Source: a virus
Direction: 5' to 3' (one strand)
Length of the DNA stretch: 64,000 nt
IMG/VR virus record: IMGVR_UViG_3300005529_000033
Location: 6,436 to 70,435 of that record
Positions 63,367 through 64,000 of this stretch are shown one piece after another. Position 1 is the first letter of the stretch, and every line of letters starts with the position of its first letter. Below the pieces are notes generated by a model that made no database searches, was not told where the DNA came from, and saw only the letters and a list, made by a program, of their open reading frames with translations. Position numbers and translations under genes: made by a program.

Positions 63367-64000
63367 CCCGCAGCGCCCAGGGCGAGGACCGCTCCAACTT
63401 CCAGGCCATCGGCCCCTGGAAGAACTTAGACTTCGGCTGGTGCAAGGCCACCGAGGGCCTGACCTTCACCGATCACACGTTCTCCGCCAACTGGGCTAAC
63501 TTAAAGACCCAGGTGGGCTACCGCGGTGCCTACCACTTCTTCCACCCCGGCCTCGACCCGCACGCCCAGGCAACCCACTTCATGCAGGTCGTCACCGCCA
63601 AGGGCCTGCACCCCGGTGACAGTCTCGCGATCGACATCGAGATCGCCGCCGGAGCCGACGGCACCCAGATGCTCGCACCGCACGCCTACCGCCGCTCCGA
63701 GTACTTCCGCGCCGACGACAACGGCCGCGCCCGGGTGAACCCGCACGCCATCTATCCCCGTCGCCGCGCCAAGTTCTGGCTTCCCCCCAAGATCACCGCA
63801 GGGATCGTCGGCAGCTCGGCCCGGGAATTCCTCGGCCTCGTCAAGGCCGCCGCCCGCAGCATCACAGGCGGCGACTACTGCCCCATCTACTGCTACACCT
63901 ACTTCGCGTTCCTCCCCCAGGTCGCCGCCTGCAGCGACTACCTGCTCTGGCTCGCCTACTACTCCGCCCACGCGCCCCCATCAACCGGGGCCTGGCGCAC
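63363..64000 (+). CDS. GH25 muramidase endolysin, truncated by window edge (not in track)
   Basis: G.D.S.FQ, F...KATEG..F.D..F..NW, RGAYHFFHP, QA.HF, AIDIE, YT, LWLA.Y. Confidence 0.88.
   Translation, partial: MTRSAQGEDRSNFQAIGPWKNLDFGWCKATEGLTFTDHTFSANWANLKTQVGYRGAYHFFHPGLDPHAQATHFMQVVTAKGLHPGDSLAIDIEIAAGADGTQMLAPHAYRRSEYFRADDNGRARVNPHAIYPRRRAKFWLPPKITAGIVGSSAREFLGLVKAAARSITGGDYCPIYCYTYFAFLPQVAACSDYLLWLAYYSAHAPPSTGAWR

Noticed and set aside
1-64000. CRISPR array, or a cas locus around the Cas4-like gene
   Set aside because: No regularly spaced repeats or other cas genes seen; solo Cas4-like nucleases are common in phage recombination modules

Overview
The whole window reads as a high-GC, actinobacterial contractile-tailed (myovirus-type) phage or prophage segment. 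Gene content and order recall Bxz1/E3/BRock-like actinophages; this is family resemblance, not a database hit. From left to right it holds: the end of the major capsid gene, head/neck genes, tail sheath and tube, an ~8 kb accessory island (11.15-19.1 kb) bracketed by a large serine recombinase and a tyrosine recombinase, tail chaperone (likely +1 frameshift), tape measure with NlpC/P60 and transglycosylase-like domains, baseplate and fibre genes, a Met(CAT) tRNA on the minus strand, a replication/recombination block (DnaB, primase, SNF2, SSB, Pol A, RecA, WhiB, Cas4-like, Endo VII, SpoVS), and the start of a GH25 endolysin. Most notable: (i) two small Arr-like ADP-ribosyltransferases and an unrelated protein in the virion operon share an N-terminal 'S-x-[HY]-L-[NQ]-x-x-Q-F' leader, a candidate capsid-loading signal; (ii) many small genes are wired as leaderless units, with a TANNNT box 6-8 nt before the start, and some are flanked by junction duplications; (iii) a pair of LexA/S24 C-terminal-domain-only genes sits behind a five-hairpin RNA leader; (iv) the tRNA has an initiator body with altered identity elements. 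No CRISPR array, rRNA or reverse transcriptase was seen. All assignments come from motif recognition by eye.
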